64,000 nucleotides of DNA from contig NZ_RAWM01000039.1 in assembly GCF_003668875.1 (NCBI RefSeq), positions 2,394-66,393 of the forward strand. Reading direction: 5' to 3'. The translations under genes and the position numbers were made by a program. Positions within the stretch are counted from its first letter, which is position 1. Each line of letters opens with the position of its first letter. Of the stretch, positions 22,114 through 31,356 are shown piece after piece. The notes below the pieces were generated by a model. That model saw only the letters and a list, made by a program, of their open reading frames with translations, was not told the origin of the DNA and searched no databases. The DNA is from Corallococcus interemptor. Its GTDB lineage: Bacteria; Myxococcota; Myxococcia; Myxococcales; Myxococcaceae.

Positions 22114-22263
22114 GACGTCCTCCCCCGATGGAGCCCGGCTGGCGCCCGGCCGCCGGACCGCACCGGTGACTCAAGCGGGGATGGAATTATCCCAACCCCA
22201 AACCTGGGAGTGCTCGGGAGAGCCCACAAGGGTCCGGGGCGTCCGACATGGGCTTGAGCCCCG

Positions 22264-23151
22264 CTACGCGAGCAGCGTGGCCTCCATCACGGTGAGGGCC
22301 ACGCCACCCACGCGGGCGCGCTCGACGTGGCCGGGCCGGCCGGTGACCTGGATGTCGATGCGGCCCGGCTTGCCGAGCGTGTCTCCCTGCTCGATGCGGC
22401 TGGACACGGTGCCGCCCTGCTCCGGCAGGCGGAGGCTCCCGTGCTCGGCGAGGTAGGCCGCCAGAGGGCCGGCGGCGGAGCCCGTCACGGGGTCCTCCAG
22501 GATGCCGAACCCCGGGACGAAGTAGCGGGCCTGGGCCGCGCTCCCCTCCTCCTTCGCCTCGCGGGTGAAGAGGTAGACGCCGCGCAGGCCGTGCGGCATC
22601 AGCAGCGCGTTCATCGCCGCGCCCCGAGGCGTCAGCGCCTCCAGGTCCGCGAGCCGCCGCAACGGCACCACCAGCCGGTGCCCCTGGCGGATCACCGGCA
22701 GTGACGGGTCCACCTGGGACGCCGTCCCGCCCAGCGTGGCCATCAGCGCCTCCAGCGCCACGGGGCTCGGCTGCGAGGGCGGAGGCGGCGTGGCAATCCA
22801 CACCCGGCTGCCCCGCGAGCCCTGGGGCTCCAGTTCGATCTCGAAGGTGCCGCCGGGGCACTCCAGCGTGTACGTCCCCGGGCTGCGCAGGAGCCCCTTC
22901 TCCGCGAGCAGGTGGAAGCTGGCCACGGTGGCATGGCCGCAGAAGGGAATCTCATCCACGGGCGTGAAGTAGCGCAGGCGCACGGTGGAATCGCCGGGCC
23001 GGGACAGGAGGAACGCGGTCTCCGACGCGCTGACGGCCGCGGCGGTCCGCTGCATGGTGGGGACATCCAGCGCCGAGGCGTCGAGCACCACGCCCGCGCG
23101 GTTCCCGGCACCGGCGGTGCGGGTGAAGGCATCGATGATGTGGACCTGCAT
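22264..23151 (-). CDS. PhzF-family phenazine-biosynthesis-like isomerase
   Basis: PhzF signature at the N-terminus (IIDAFTRTAGAGNRAGVV) and (DEIPFCGHATVASFH). 295 aa. Confidence 0.85.
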   Translation of the reverse strand: MQVHIIDAFTRTAGAGNRAGVVLDASALDVPTMQRTAAAVSASETAFLLSRPGDSTVRLRYFTPVDEIPFCGHATVASFHLLAEKGLLRSPGTYTLECPGGTFEIELEPQGSRGSRVWIATPPPPSQPSPVALEALMATLGGTASQVDPSLPVIRQGHRLVVPLRRLADLEALTPRGAAMNALLMPHGLRGVYLFTREAKEEGSAAQARYFVPGFGILEDPVTGSAAGPLAAYLAEHGSLRLPEQGGTVSSRIEQGDTLGKPGRIDIQVTGRPGHVERARVGGVALTVMEATLLA

Positions 23152-23287
23152 GGGCGGACTCCGGACGGGGCAAGGGCCAGTGGAACGGCGCAGGCATGCT
23201 CCGCTCCACCGCCGCCGTCAAGCGGTGGACCCACGTGCCGGCGAGGCACAGAACGGGGTTGAACGAGAGCGCCCGAGCAGGCACAGC

Positions 23288-24070
23288 ATGCGCATGGGTC
23301 TCCTGAAGTCCGGTGGGTGGGTGGTGCTGGTGGTGTTGCTCCACGCGAGCGGCGCGGCGGCACAGATCGTCAACGTGCAGGCGCTCTTCGACGAGAAGGC
23401 GGAGCTGGGGCCGGCCGCGGCCATCGAGCTGGGCGGCGACTGGCGCACGGGCAGCACGCAGCTGTTCTCCATCCGGGGCTCGCTGGTGGGCCAGCTGCGC
23501 TCCGAGCGGAACGTCTGGCTGGGCGTCATCCGGGGCGAATATTCATTCGCGACGGGCGAGCGCATCGTCAGCCAGGTGATGGAGCACGTGCGCTACCGGC
23601 GCCGGTTCACCGACCGGGTGTCGGGGGAGGTCTTCGCCCAGCACGAATACAACGAGTTCCGCCGGCTCCAGCTCCGGGCCCTGCTGGGAGCGGGTCCCCG
23701 TTTCGTCCTGTTCAACGAAGAGAGCACGGGGCTCACTTTCGGTGTGGCGCTGATGGTGGAGCACGAGCGGCTGCGCAAGGACGGAGAACCGGACGCGGGA
23801 GACCGCTACACGGTTCCACGCGTCTCCAGCTATCTGCTGGGCCGGGTGAAGCTGATGGAGAACATCAACCTCGTGGAGACGGTCTACCTCCAGCCAAGAG
23901 TCACCCGTCCCTCCGACCTGCGAGTGCTCAACGAGACGCTGTTCGCGGTGACGCCCAATCCCCGGGTCACGGTAGGCATTGGCTTCAACCTCACCTACGA
24001 CAGCGCACCGCCCGCGACGGTGCCGCCACTGGACACGCAAGTGCGCACCACCGTGGGGGTGAAGCTCTGA
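23288..24070 (+). CDS. Secreted/outer-membrane hypothetical protein (DUF481-like beta-barrel candidate)
   Basis: Signal peptide (MRMGLLKSGGWVVLVVLLHASGAAAQ). Alternating beta-strand-like pattern ending with an aromatic residue near the C-terminus. Confidence 0.55.
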   Translation: MRMGLLKSGGWVVLVVLLHASGAAAQIVNVQALFDEKAELGPAAAIELGGDWRTGSTQLFSIRGSLVGQLRSERNVWLGVIRGEYSFATGERIVSQVMEHVRYRRRFTDRVSGEVFAQHEYNEFRRLQLRALLGAGPRFVLFNEESTGLTFGVALMVEHERLRKDGEPDAGDRYTVPRVSSYLLGRVKLMENINLVETVYLQPRVTRPSDLRVLNETLFAVTPNPRVTVGIGFNLTYDSAPPATVPPLDTQVRTTVGVKL

Positions 24071-24528
24071 CACGCGTCCCCCACCGGCGGAGGCGGTCCA
24101 GAAGCGAGCACCTCCTCCCAAAGTCCGAAGCAGATGCTCCCCAGTTGGTCCAGGTCCCGCTTGGAGGCCCGGGTGCAGCAGTCGGACAAGAGCTCCACCA
24201 GCACCTGCCGCCGGAGGCTGAAGTAGCCCTCCAGGAGCCACCGGGCGTCAGGCGAGCGCATGTCATGCAGCGCCAGGCCCAGGTTCTCCAGCGTCAGCGA
24301 CTCATCCAACGGCACCGCGCGCGTCTTGCGTCCAGGCCGCTGCACCACCACGCCCCGCGCCGCCAGCCTCCGCAGCGCCTCACGGATGGTGCCCCGGCAG
24401 ACGTCATAGTGCCGCGCCAGCTTCGCTTCCGAGCCGAACTGCCCGCTCGGGTGAATCCGTCCCAGCGCGATGTCGCGCTCAATCTGTGCTTCCACGTACG
24501 CCACGAGCCCGCCGTGCCCCATCCCCAT
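23995..24528 (-). CDS. GntR-family transcriptional regulator (short, N-terminal wHTH)
   Basis: GntR HTH (LARHYDVCRGTIREALRRLAARGVVVQRPGRKT). Start set at the ATG at 24528. Its 3' end overlaps the preceding gene by 75 nt. Confidence 0.6.
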   Translation of the reverse strand: MGMGHGGLVAYVEAQIERDIALGRIHPSGQFGSEAKLARHYDVCRGTIREALRRLAARGVVVQRPGRKTRAVPLDESLTLENLGLALHDMRSPDARWLLEGYFSLRRQVLVELLSDCCTRASKRDLDQLGSICFGLWEEVLASGPPPPVGDACQSFTPTVVRTCVSSGGTVAGGALS

Positions 24529-24608
24529 TCCCCTTCCTCGTCCCAGCATCGCCATCCAACCACAGGGGTCTGACATGGACGCGCGAGGCTCCCCTCCGGA
24601 GCCGGACG

Positions 24609-24640
24609 AAAAAAACCTGTCCGACTGTCGGACAGGTTTT
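24609..24640. repeat. Palindromic repeat copy 1: A7-CCTGTCCGAC-T-GTCGGACAGG-T4 (perfect 10-bp arms)
   Basis: Read directly from the sequence. First of three related copies in the 440-bp GntR/proC intergenic region. Confidence 0.8.
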
Positions 24641-24706
24641 GAGGGAACCACACCGGTGCGGGCGCCTCTGCGCATGACCCGGGCCCTGGTGTCCGCTCGA
24701 TTCGGC

Positions 24707-24737
24707 GAAACCTGTTTGTTCGTCGGACAGGTTCTGA
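24707..24737. repeat. Palindromic repeat copy 2 (degenerate left arm): gaaaCCTGTttgttcGTCGGACAGGttctga
   Basis: Shares the gaaa-CCTGT...GTCGGACAGG-TT(C/T)TGA frame with copy 1. Confidence 0.7.
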
Positions 24738-24841
24738 TCCATCCCACCCGGTGGGCGGCGCTGCCCGTGGCCCTACTTGGGCCCTTCGATAGGCACCCCA
24801 TCACTCCCACCGCTTCGCGCGCTCAATCCAATCGTTTTGAT

Positions 24842-24873
24842 GAAAGCCTGTCCGACTGCCGGTCGGGTTTGGG
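24842..24873. repeat. Palindromic repeat copy 3 (degenerate right arm): gaaagCCTGTCCGACTGccggtcgggtttggg
   Basis: Shares the left arm and flanks with copy 1. Confidence 0.7.
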
Positions 24874-24967
24874 ATTTGCGTCCTCGGAACGTGGCACCGC
24901 TTGAGCCCCGTTGTGCTCCACCTGGCTTGGGCAACGGATGGTGGCTTCCTGGGGGTAGGATTCAGGG

Positions 24968-25819
24968 ATGGCGCTCCATCCCGTTCCCTCCCCTGTCGCC
25001 CTGCTGGGTGGTGGCAAGATTGCCGAAGCCCTGATCCAGGGACTGCTGCGCTCCGGCCTCGTGCGTCCTTCGGACGTTCGCGTCACCGTTCGCCGGTCTG
25101 AACGCGGAGAGGCGCTGCGCTCCCGGCACGGCGTGCACGTCCTCATGGACAACGCGCAGGCGGTGCGGGGCGCGGGAGTGGTCCTGCTGGCGGTGCGGCA
25201 AGCTCAGCTGCGGGACCTGATGGCCGTCATCTCGCCGGCCCTGGCGCCCGGGCAGACCGTGGTGTCGCTCTCCGCGGATGTCCGGCTTGCCCAGTTGGAG
25301 GCGGCGCTGCCTTCCTTTGTTTCAGTCATTCGCGCCATGCCCCACACACCCGTGCGCGTGGGCGCGGGTGTGACGCCGCTGACCGCTGGAACCCGGGTGA
25401 TGGAGGCAGCGAAGCGCGCAGTGGAGTCTGTCTTCGCCGCGACGGGCCAGCCGCTGTGGATGTCCGAAGAAGCCCTGACCGTGTGCACGGGCGTGTCCTG
25501 CACGGGGCCCGCGTATGTCTTTCGATTCGTGGAAGCCCTGGCCCAGGCCGCGGTGGCGCATGGAATGGACGCGGCGGAGGCGGCGGCGCTCGCCAAGGGC
25601 ACGCTCATTGGCGCGGCGAAACTGCTGGCCGAACCTGATGCCGCGACTCCTCGCCTCATCGCGGAGATCGCCACCCCGGGCGGCATCACCGAAGCGGGGT
25701 TGCTGGCGATGGAAGCCGAAGGACTTCCCCGCGTCGTGGGCGAGGCAGTCTCCGTCGCCATCCAACGCACACGCGAGCGCGCCGACGCGAACGCCGCCGC
25801 CTACAGCACGCCGAAGTGA
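24968..25819 (+). CDS. proC: Pyrroline-5-carboxylate reductase
   Basis: Motifs ALLGGGKIAEALIQGLL and the ProC C-terminal dimerisation region (ATPGGITEAGL). 283 aa. Confidence 0.85.
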   Translation: MALHPVPSPVALLGGGKIAEALIQGLLRSGLVRPSDVRVTVRRSERGEALRSRHGVHVLMDNAQAVRGAGVVLLAVRQAQLRDLMAVISPALAPGQTVVSLSADVRLAQLEAALPSFVSVIRAMPHTPVRVGAGVTPLTAGTRVMEAAKRAVESVFAATGQPLWMSEEALTVCTGVSCTGPAYVFRFVEALAQAAVAHGMDAAEAAALAKGTLIGAAKLLAEPDAATPRLIAEIATPGGITEAGLLAMEAEGLPRVVGEAVSVAIQRTRERADANAAAYSTPK

Positions 25820-26484
25820 CGCTTGAGCCCCCGCTGGCCTCCGGGAGTGACGATGAGGCCTCGGGAATCGGGCTGACGCTCCACCCACCCCAGCGAGAAC
25901 ACCCGGGCGGCGAGCGCCGCGCCCAGTGCTCCCGCGAGGTGATCGCGCCGCTCGCTCCAGTCCAGACACCGGTGGGCGAAGTGGCGCCGCTGTTCGCGCA
26001 CGGACGACAGGTCGATGCCGAAGTCCTGGCACCACGCCTCGCCGCTGGGGGTCAGCACGAACGCGCGTCGGCGCAGGGAGAGGTGGCCAGACCGGAGGAG
26101 CGCGTCGGTGATGCCCATGCCCAACCGGCCCGCCAGATGGTCGTAGCAATAGCGCGCGGCCCGCAGAGGCTCGGGGGCCGCTGACGCTCGGGGGCCCCGG
26201 ACCGCCACGGTCATCAGCGCTTCCACCATCCGCGCCACGGTGGGCGTCGCGAGCCGGAACACCTTGTTGCGCCCCTGCCGGGTGGCGCGAATCAGCCGCG
26301 CCTGCTCCAGACGCTGGAGGTGCGCGGTCGCCGTCGCGGGACTGACGCCCGTGCCGAACGCGAGTTCCTTGGCGACGAGCGCCCGCCCCTCCATGAGGAG
26401 CTCCAGCATCCGGATCCGCGTGGCGTCCCCCACGGCTCCAGCCAACATCGTGAGGTCCGGTCCTGCATTCATCGTTCGCTCCAT
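25801..26484 (-). CDS. ArsR/SmtB-family transcriptional regulator with C-terminal extension
   Basis: ArsR HTH (RIRMLELLMEGRALVAKELAFGTGVSPATATAHLQRLEQARLI). Start set at the ATG at 26484. Divergent from the P450 gene. Confidence 0.7.
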   Translation of the reverse strand: MERTMNAGPDLTMLAGAVGDATRIRMLELLMEGRALVAKELAFGTGVSPATATAHLQRLEQARLIRATRQGRNKVFRLATPTVARMVEALMTVAVRGPRASAAPEPLRAARYCYDHLAGRLGMGITDALLRSGHLSLRRRAFVLTPSGEAWCQDFGIDLSSVREQRRHFAHRCLDWSERRDHLAGALGAALAARVFSLGWVERQPDSRGLIVTPGGQRGLKRHFGVL

Positions 26485-26547
26485 GGCGAACCATTTCCTA
26501 GCACACCTCGCCAGTTCTGGCGGCAGAGTGCCCAGCCACGAGGACCG

Positions 26548-27666
26548 ATGACACCGCCCACCGACCCGTACCAGGCCGTCACCCACCCCGACCCATACCC
26601 GTACTACGCGCAGCTTCGCGCCCGGGGCGGACTGCACCGCGTCCCTGGCTTCGGCCCCTGGATCGCGGCGGATGCGGCCACCGTTCGCGCCGTGCTTTCC
26701 AGCGAGCATTGCCGCGTCCGGCCCCGCGCGGAGCCGGTGCCTCCGCACCTGGTGGGCACCGCCGCCGGGGCGCTGTTTGGACGGCTGGTGCGGATGAACG
26801 ACGGCGGCCCCTTCCCTACCGTGAAGGAGACCCTGTCGCGCACGCTGACGGAGGCGCTGCGGGAGGTGCAGTTGGAGAGCCATCGCCAGGCGGCCCGGCT
26901 GTTCGCGAAGCCGTCGCTGTCACGGCTGCCAGACGCAGCGCTCCAACTTCCCGTGCTCGTGCTGGGGTCTCTGCTGGGCTTCCCGGAAGACACCCTGGAA
27001 GCGAGCGTGCAGGACGTGGATGCCTATGTCCGCTCGGTCGCCGGCCCACCTGTGCGCAGCGAAGGCGCGGCGAGGCTGCACGCGCGCGTGGCGGACTGTT
27101 TCCGGTCAACCGCGCGGACTGCGTTCACTGCCGGGCTCATGGCAGGCCCTGGTCCAGAGGACCTGCGCGTCCCCAACGCCGTGGGCCTGCTCACCCAGGC
27201 CTATGAAGCGACGGCCGGGCTCCTTGGAGCGACGCTGCGGGCCTTCGCTCGTGAGCCCTCGCTGCGGGAACAGGTCTCACGGGGCGAGTGCTCGCTCGAT
27301 GACGTGGTCCAGGAAGCGGCCCGGCACGATGCCCCGGTCCAGAACACGCGGCGCTTCACCCACTCGGCCGCGACGGTCGCGGGCGTCGAGTTGGAAGCAG
27401 GAGCGACCGTGGTCGTCGTGCTCGCCGCCGCGAACCGGGATCCCCTGGTGAATCCCCAGCCCGACACCTTCCTGCCACGCCGTGCGGGCCGGCAGACCTT
27501 CACCTTCGGCCTGGGCGCGCATGCCTGTCCCGGGCCGCTGGTGGCGACGGCGATGGCCTCGGCGGCGGCGGCACGGGTGCTCGCGAGCGGCCTGGACCTG
27601 ACGCCGCTGGCGGGCCCCGTCACCTGGCGTGCTTCCACCAACACCCGCGTCCTGGGAGGACCGTGA
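26548..27666 (+). CDS. Cytochrome P450
   Basis: Heme-binding loop FGLGAHACPG and an ExxR-like region. Start at the ATG at 26548 (MTPPTDPYQAV). Confidence 0.85.
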   Translation: MTPPTDPYQAVTHPDPYPYYAQLRARGGLHRVPGFGPWIAADAATVRAVLSSEHCRVRPRAEPVPPHLVGTAAGALFGRLVRMNDGGPFPTVKETLSRTLTEALREVQLESHRQAARLFAKPSLSRLPDAALQLPVLVLGSLLGFPEDTLEASVQDVDAYVRSVAGPPVRSEGAARLHARVADCFRSTARTAFTAGLMAGPGPEDLRVPNAVGLLTQAYEATAGLLGATLRAFAREPSLREQVSRGECSLDDVVQEAARHDAPVQNTRRFTHSAATVAGVELEAGATVVVVLAAANRDPLVNPQPDTFLPRRAGRQTFTFGLGAHACPGPLVATAMASAAAARVLASGLDLTPLAGPVTWRASTNTRVLGGP

Positions 27667-28010
27667 TGATCGCTGTCATCTTCGAAGTCTGGGCACACGA
27701 GGAGCACCGGCAGCGATACCTGGACCTCGCCGCGGAGCTTCGGCCCCTGCTGGCGGACATCGACGGGTTCATCTCCATCGAGCGGTTCCAGAGCCTCGGC
27801 ACTCCCAGCAAGCTGCTGTCCCTGTCGTACTGGCGCGACGAGGCGGCCGTGGCCGAGTGGCGGCGCCTGGAGGCCCACCGGGACGCGCAGCGCGAAGGAC
27901 GGGCGGGCGTGTTCCAGGACTACCGCCTGCGGGTGGCGCACGTGGTGAGGGATTACGGCTTGGACGACCGGGCGGCCGTGCCCGCCGACAGCCGCACCGT
28001 GCACGGCTGA
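27663..28010 (+). CDS. Antibiotic-biosynthesis-monooxygenase (ABM) domain protein
   Basis: 115 aa with a ferredoxin-like ABM pattern. Its start overlaps the P450 stop. Confidence 0.7.
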   Translation: MMIAVIFEVWAHEEHRQRYLDLAAELRPLLADIDGFISIERFQSLGTPSKLLSLSYWRDEAAVAEWRRLEAHRDAQREGRAGVFQDYRLRVAHVVRDYGLDDRAAVPADSRTVHG

Positions 28011-28090
28011 CGCGGTTGACGCACGTTGGCTGTCCTCCCGCCCGTCCCTCCCATGCGGCCCATGACTCCCCTACCTTCCGTAGGGGGTGC

Positions 28091-28492
28091 ATGATGAAGC
28101 GAGGCCATTGGAGAGGATGCTGGGGGCTGGCTGCCGCGCTGCTCGGGTTTCCGGCAGTGGCGCAGATGGAAGGTCCGCCCCAGGGCGCGCCGCAGTTCTC
28201 CTGCTTCGAGGCGGCGCGCGAGGGCAGCGGAGTGAGCGAAAGCGTCGCGGCCCAGCTCTGCCAGGGTGCCCGTTCCGACGCCCCGGCGCGGTGCTTCCTC
28301 CGGGTCCAGGAGAAGGGGTTCCTCTCGGAGCCTGACGCGCTCCAGCTCTGCCAGTACGCGGAGCCCTCGGATGATCCCGCGTCGTGCTTCCTCAAGGCGC
28401 GGACGTCCTCGTTCCTGGACGAGACACAGCTGCTGCAGCTCTGCCGCCCACCCATCGCGGAGATGATGCATCTGTGTCCCTATGGTCCTTGA
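28091..28492 (+). CDS. Small secreted cysteine-rich protein with three about 30-aa repeats (C-F/L...QLCQ)
   Basis: Signal peptide (MMKRGHWRGCWGLAAALLGFPAVAQ). Three repeats each carry a CF(L/E) and a QLCQ/QLCR motif. Read directly from the translation. Confidence 0.5.
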   Translation: MMKRGHWRGCWGLAAALLGFPAVAQMEGPPQGAPQFSCFEAAREGSGVSESVAAQLCQGARSDAPARCFLRVQEKGFLSEPDALQLCQYAEPSDDPASCFLKARTSSFLDETQLLQLCRPPIAEMMHLCPYGP

Positions 28493-28496
28493 GGGC

Positions 28497-31181
28497 TCAC
28501 CGGGCGCCGAGGAACGCCTTGACGCTCGGGACCTGGAGTTTCTGGGACTCGATGCACAGCCGGATGGACTCCACGGCCCGGGCCAGTGCGCGCGGACCGC
28601 CTTCAATCTTGTCCACGCGGGGCGTGAGGAAGGTCTCCACCTGCGCCAGGTTGATGTCGTCGCAGAGGCTCCCCGTCTGGCCAATCAGCCGGCCCAGCTC
28701 GTCCGAACGCAGCCGCTGGGTCAGCGCGTCGAAGTGCGTCTGGTAGAAGTTCCATGCGAGGGATTGCGACTCTGGTGACATCAACGCCATCCGGAGGATG
28801 ACCTGCGAGTCCCGCACGTCGAAGTCCGGAGACACCACGAGCCCCAGGGCCCGCCACAGCAGCTCCGGGTTCCGGAAGTAGGCCAGGGACATCAGCAGCC
28901 GGGAACGCTCGGTGCGATCCTGTTCCTTCTTCGCGGCCTCCAGCAGCGCGTCGAACAGCGCCGCGTCGCCGTGCGTCGCCGCTCGGGGCAGCGCGGCACC
29001 GAACGCCTCCGGGTCCACCGACTTCCGGTCCTTGAGCCAGGCCTGAACGAGAGGCAGCGCCTCCTTCGCCAGCCGGGGGTCATCCCCCAGACCACCGGCC
29101 AGCCGGAGAAAGACGGAGCGTGAGGCCTTCACGGAGTCGTCCTCGCCCGGCTTCGGCACCCAGCCCATGGCCCGAGCACGCGCCGAATAGAGCGACGCCA
29201 CCCACGTACGGAAGCGCTGGCGCTCCTCGGGGGTGAGCTGATCCAACCGCACGAGTTCCAGCAAGGACGCACCGCTCTGCACCACGAGCCGGTTCGCCGA
29301 CTTCGCGGAGGCGGGCACCGCCTTCAGCGCCTCTCCCAACGGCAGGTCGCCCCGCGTCACCGCCGCGTCCACATCCGCCCAGAGCGCCACCTGCTCCGAG
29401 AGCGTGAAGGCGGCGGCCGGGGTCGCGAGCAGCTTCGTCAGCTGCTCGCGGGTGTAACCGGCGCGGTAATAGCCCGCGCCGCCCGCGTTGAGCAGCACCC
29501 ACGCCGGGCACTGCTTCGTGGGCAACGCGACCTCCGCGGAAGGCCCCTGCAGCATCGAGCACACCCGCGACGACTGCGTGCCCGTGCCCACGCGAAGACA
29601 CACGGGCACCTGCCACTCCTGCCGCGCGTCCGCCTTGGACCCCAGGGGGAGGTAACGCTCCTGCGACAGCTTCACGGACGGAGCGCCGCCCGCCGGGCAG
29701 GACAACTGCGCGGTGATCCGAGGCGCGCCAGTGCGCTGGATGAACCCGCCAAAGGATTGCGCCACCTCCGGCCCCGCTGCCTGGCCCAGGTCCGCGAGGA
29801 AGTCCTCCGTGGTCGCGACCTTCCACGCGTGCTTGCGGACATAGCCCCGGAGGATGTCGCGGAAGCGCTCCGGCCCCAGCCACGACTCATACATCGCGAT
29901 GACGGACGAGCCCTTGTCATACGTCGTCCCGTTGTCGAACGAGCCCACGATGTCGTCATTGCTCTCCACAGGCTTGCGCACGGGCAGCGCCGACTCCAGC
30001 TCATCCGCCACCAGCGCGGAGTCGGTCGCGGACATGGCGCGCTCCTGCTGGAAGTCCCAGGACGGCTCCAGCCGGTCCACCGTCTGCCGGTCCAACCACG
30101 CGGTGAAGGACTCATTCAGCCAGATGTCGTTCCACCACGAGCAGGTGACGACGTCGCCGAACCAGTAGTGCCCCAGTTCATGGTTGGCGATGACCGCGTA
30201 GGACTTGCGGCGGACGAGCGTCTCCTCGCCGGGCGGAATGAGCGTGAGCGGCTGGCCGAGCGCGACGATGCCCGGGTGCTCCATGGTGCCCCAGTACCGG
30301 GGCACCACCGCCACATCCAGCTTCTCGTACGGGTACGGCTGGTCGAAGAAGTCCTCCAGCCCCTTCACGATGCGCGGCGTGATGCTCGCGGCGTAGCGCG
30401 TCTCCGCGCCGCGTCCCTTGGGGACGATGAAGCGCAGCGGCACGTTCGTGCGGCCCACGGAGCCCGCCTCCACCACGTCGAACGGCCCCACCATGAAGGC
30501 CACGAGGTAGCTGGGCATGGGCTTGCTCTCCGCGAAGGTGACGCGCTCCAGGCCGTCCGCCAGCGGCTCGCGGGACACGACGGGATGGTTGGCCAGCGCC
30601 ACGTGTCCGGCCTTCACGGTGAAGCGCAGGCGCCACGGCACCTTGAAGGCCGGCTCGTCGAAGCACGGGAAGGCGCGGCGCGCGTCGATGGGCTCGAAGA
30701 AGGTGTAGAGGTAGGGCTCGCCGCCCTCGGCGACGCCGTAGAGGCCCTGGCTGCGCTCGCGGTCCACCTTGCCGGTGAAGTCCAGGACGAGCTGGGCCTT
30801 GCCCACGGGCAGCTCCTCCGGGAGCAGCAATCCCAGACGCCCTTCCGTCGCGGCGACGGGCTTCGCGTCGAACGTGCGGCCATTCACGGTGACGCGCGCC
30901 CGCGTCACGTCCAGGTCCTGCGCGTGCAGCCACACCTGGCGCACCGGCTCGCGGACCTCCACGTCGATGGTGACACTGCCCGGGTACGTGTCCTCCGAAG
31001 GCACGAGCTTCAGGTCCAACGCGTAGTGCACGGGCCGCACGGCGTCCGGCAGCCGCAGCGCGGGAGGCAGCGCCTCCGGCCATGACACGGCGGGCGGTGC
31101 GGAGGCAGGCGGCGCGGCCTCTGGCGCGTGGGCACAGCGGACGGTCAACACCACCAGGACAAGGAGTGGGAGCAGTCGCAT
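28497..31181 (-). CDS. pepN: Aminopeptidase N (M1 family), secreted
   Basis: Zinc motif HELGHYWFGD...WLNESFTAWL and a GAMEN-like region. Signal peptide MRLLPLLVLVVLTVRCA. 894 aa. Confidence 0.9.
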   Translation of the reverse strand: MRLLPLLVLVVLTVRCAHAPEAAPPASAPPAVSWPEALPPALRLPDAVRPVHYALDLKLVPSEDTYPGSVTIDVEVREPVRQVWLHAQDLDVTRARVTVNGRTFDAKPVAATEGRLGLLLPEELPVGKAQLVLDFTGKVDRERSQGLYGVAEGGEPYLYTFFEPIDARRAFPCFDEPAFKVPWRLRFTVKAGHVALANHPVVSREPLADGLERVTFAESKPMPSYLVAFMVGPFDVVEAGSVGRTNVPLRFIVPKGRGAETRYAASITPRIVKGLEDFFDQPYPYEKLDVAVVPRYWGTMEHPGIVALGQPLTLIPPGEETLVRRKSYAVIANHELGHYWFGDVVTCSWWNDIWLNESFTAWLDRQTVDRLEPSWDFQQERAMSATDSALVADELESALPVRKPVESNDDIVGSFDNGTTYDKGSSVIAMYESWLGPERFRDILRGYVRKHAWKVATTEDFLADLGQAAGPEVAQSFGGFIQRTGAPRITAQLSCPAGGAPSVKLSQERYLPLGSKADARQEWQVPVCLRVGTGTQSSRVCSMLQGPSAEVALPTKQCPAWVLLNAGGAGYYRAGYTREQLTKLLATPAAAFTLSEQVALWADVDAAVTRGDLPLGEALKAVPASAKSANRLVVQSGASLLELVRLDQLTPEERQRFRTWVASLYSARARAMGWVPKPGEDDSVKASRSVFLRLAGGLGDDPRLAKEALPLVQAWLKDRKSVDPEAFGAALPRAATHGDAALFDALLEAAKKEQDRTERSRLLMSLAYFRNPELLWRALGLVVSPDFDVRDSQVILRMALMSPESQSLAWNFYQTHFDALTQRLRSDELGRLIGQTGSLCDDINLAQVETFLTPRVDKIEGGPRALARAVESIRLCIESQKLQVPSVKAFLGAR

Positions 31182-31356
31182 GGGGGCGCAGCGTAGAAGT
31201 CGCCCTGGATTCTCGCGAGCCCAAGTTCACGAAGCTGTGCGTTAACGGAACCACCGCCAGGCAGCTGATACGTCTCAGCTCGCGAAACAGTGCTTTGAGA
31301 ACCGGGAGCCGCTACGGTCCAGCTTCCCCCGTATCAGCTCCAAACCGAGGAAAAAC

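Noticed and set aside
22985-23287. N-terminal 100 codons of the 361-aa ORF 22985-24070
   Set aside because: Antisense to the PhzF-like gene and junk-like. The real gene starts at the ATG at 23288 with a signal peptide.
24609-24640. Interpretation of repeat copy 1 as a Rho-independent terminator
   Set aside because: It has the A-tract/hairpin/T-tract form. But it lies upstream of the start codons of both flanking genes (divergent region), and two degenerate copies without T-tracts lie nearby. It is therefore treated as a repeat or operator.
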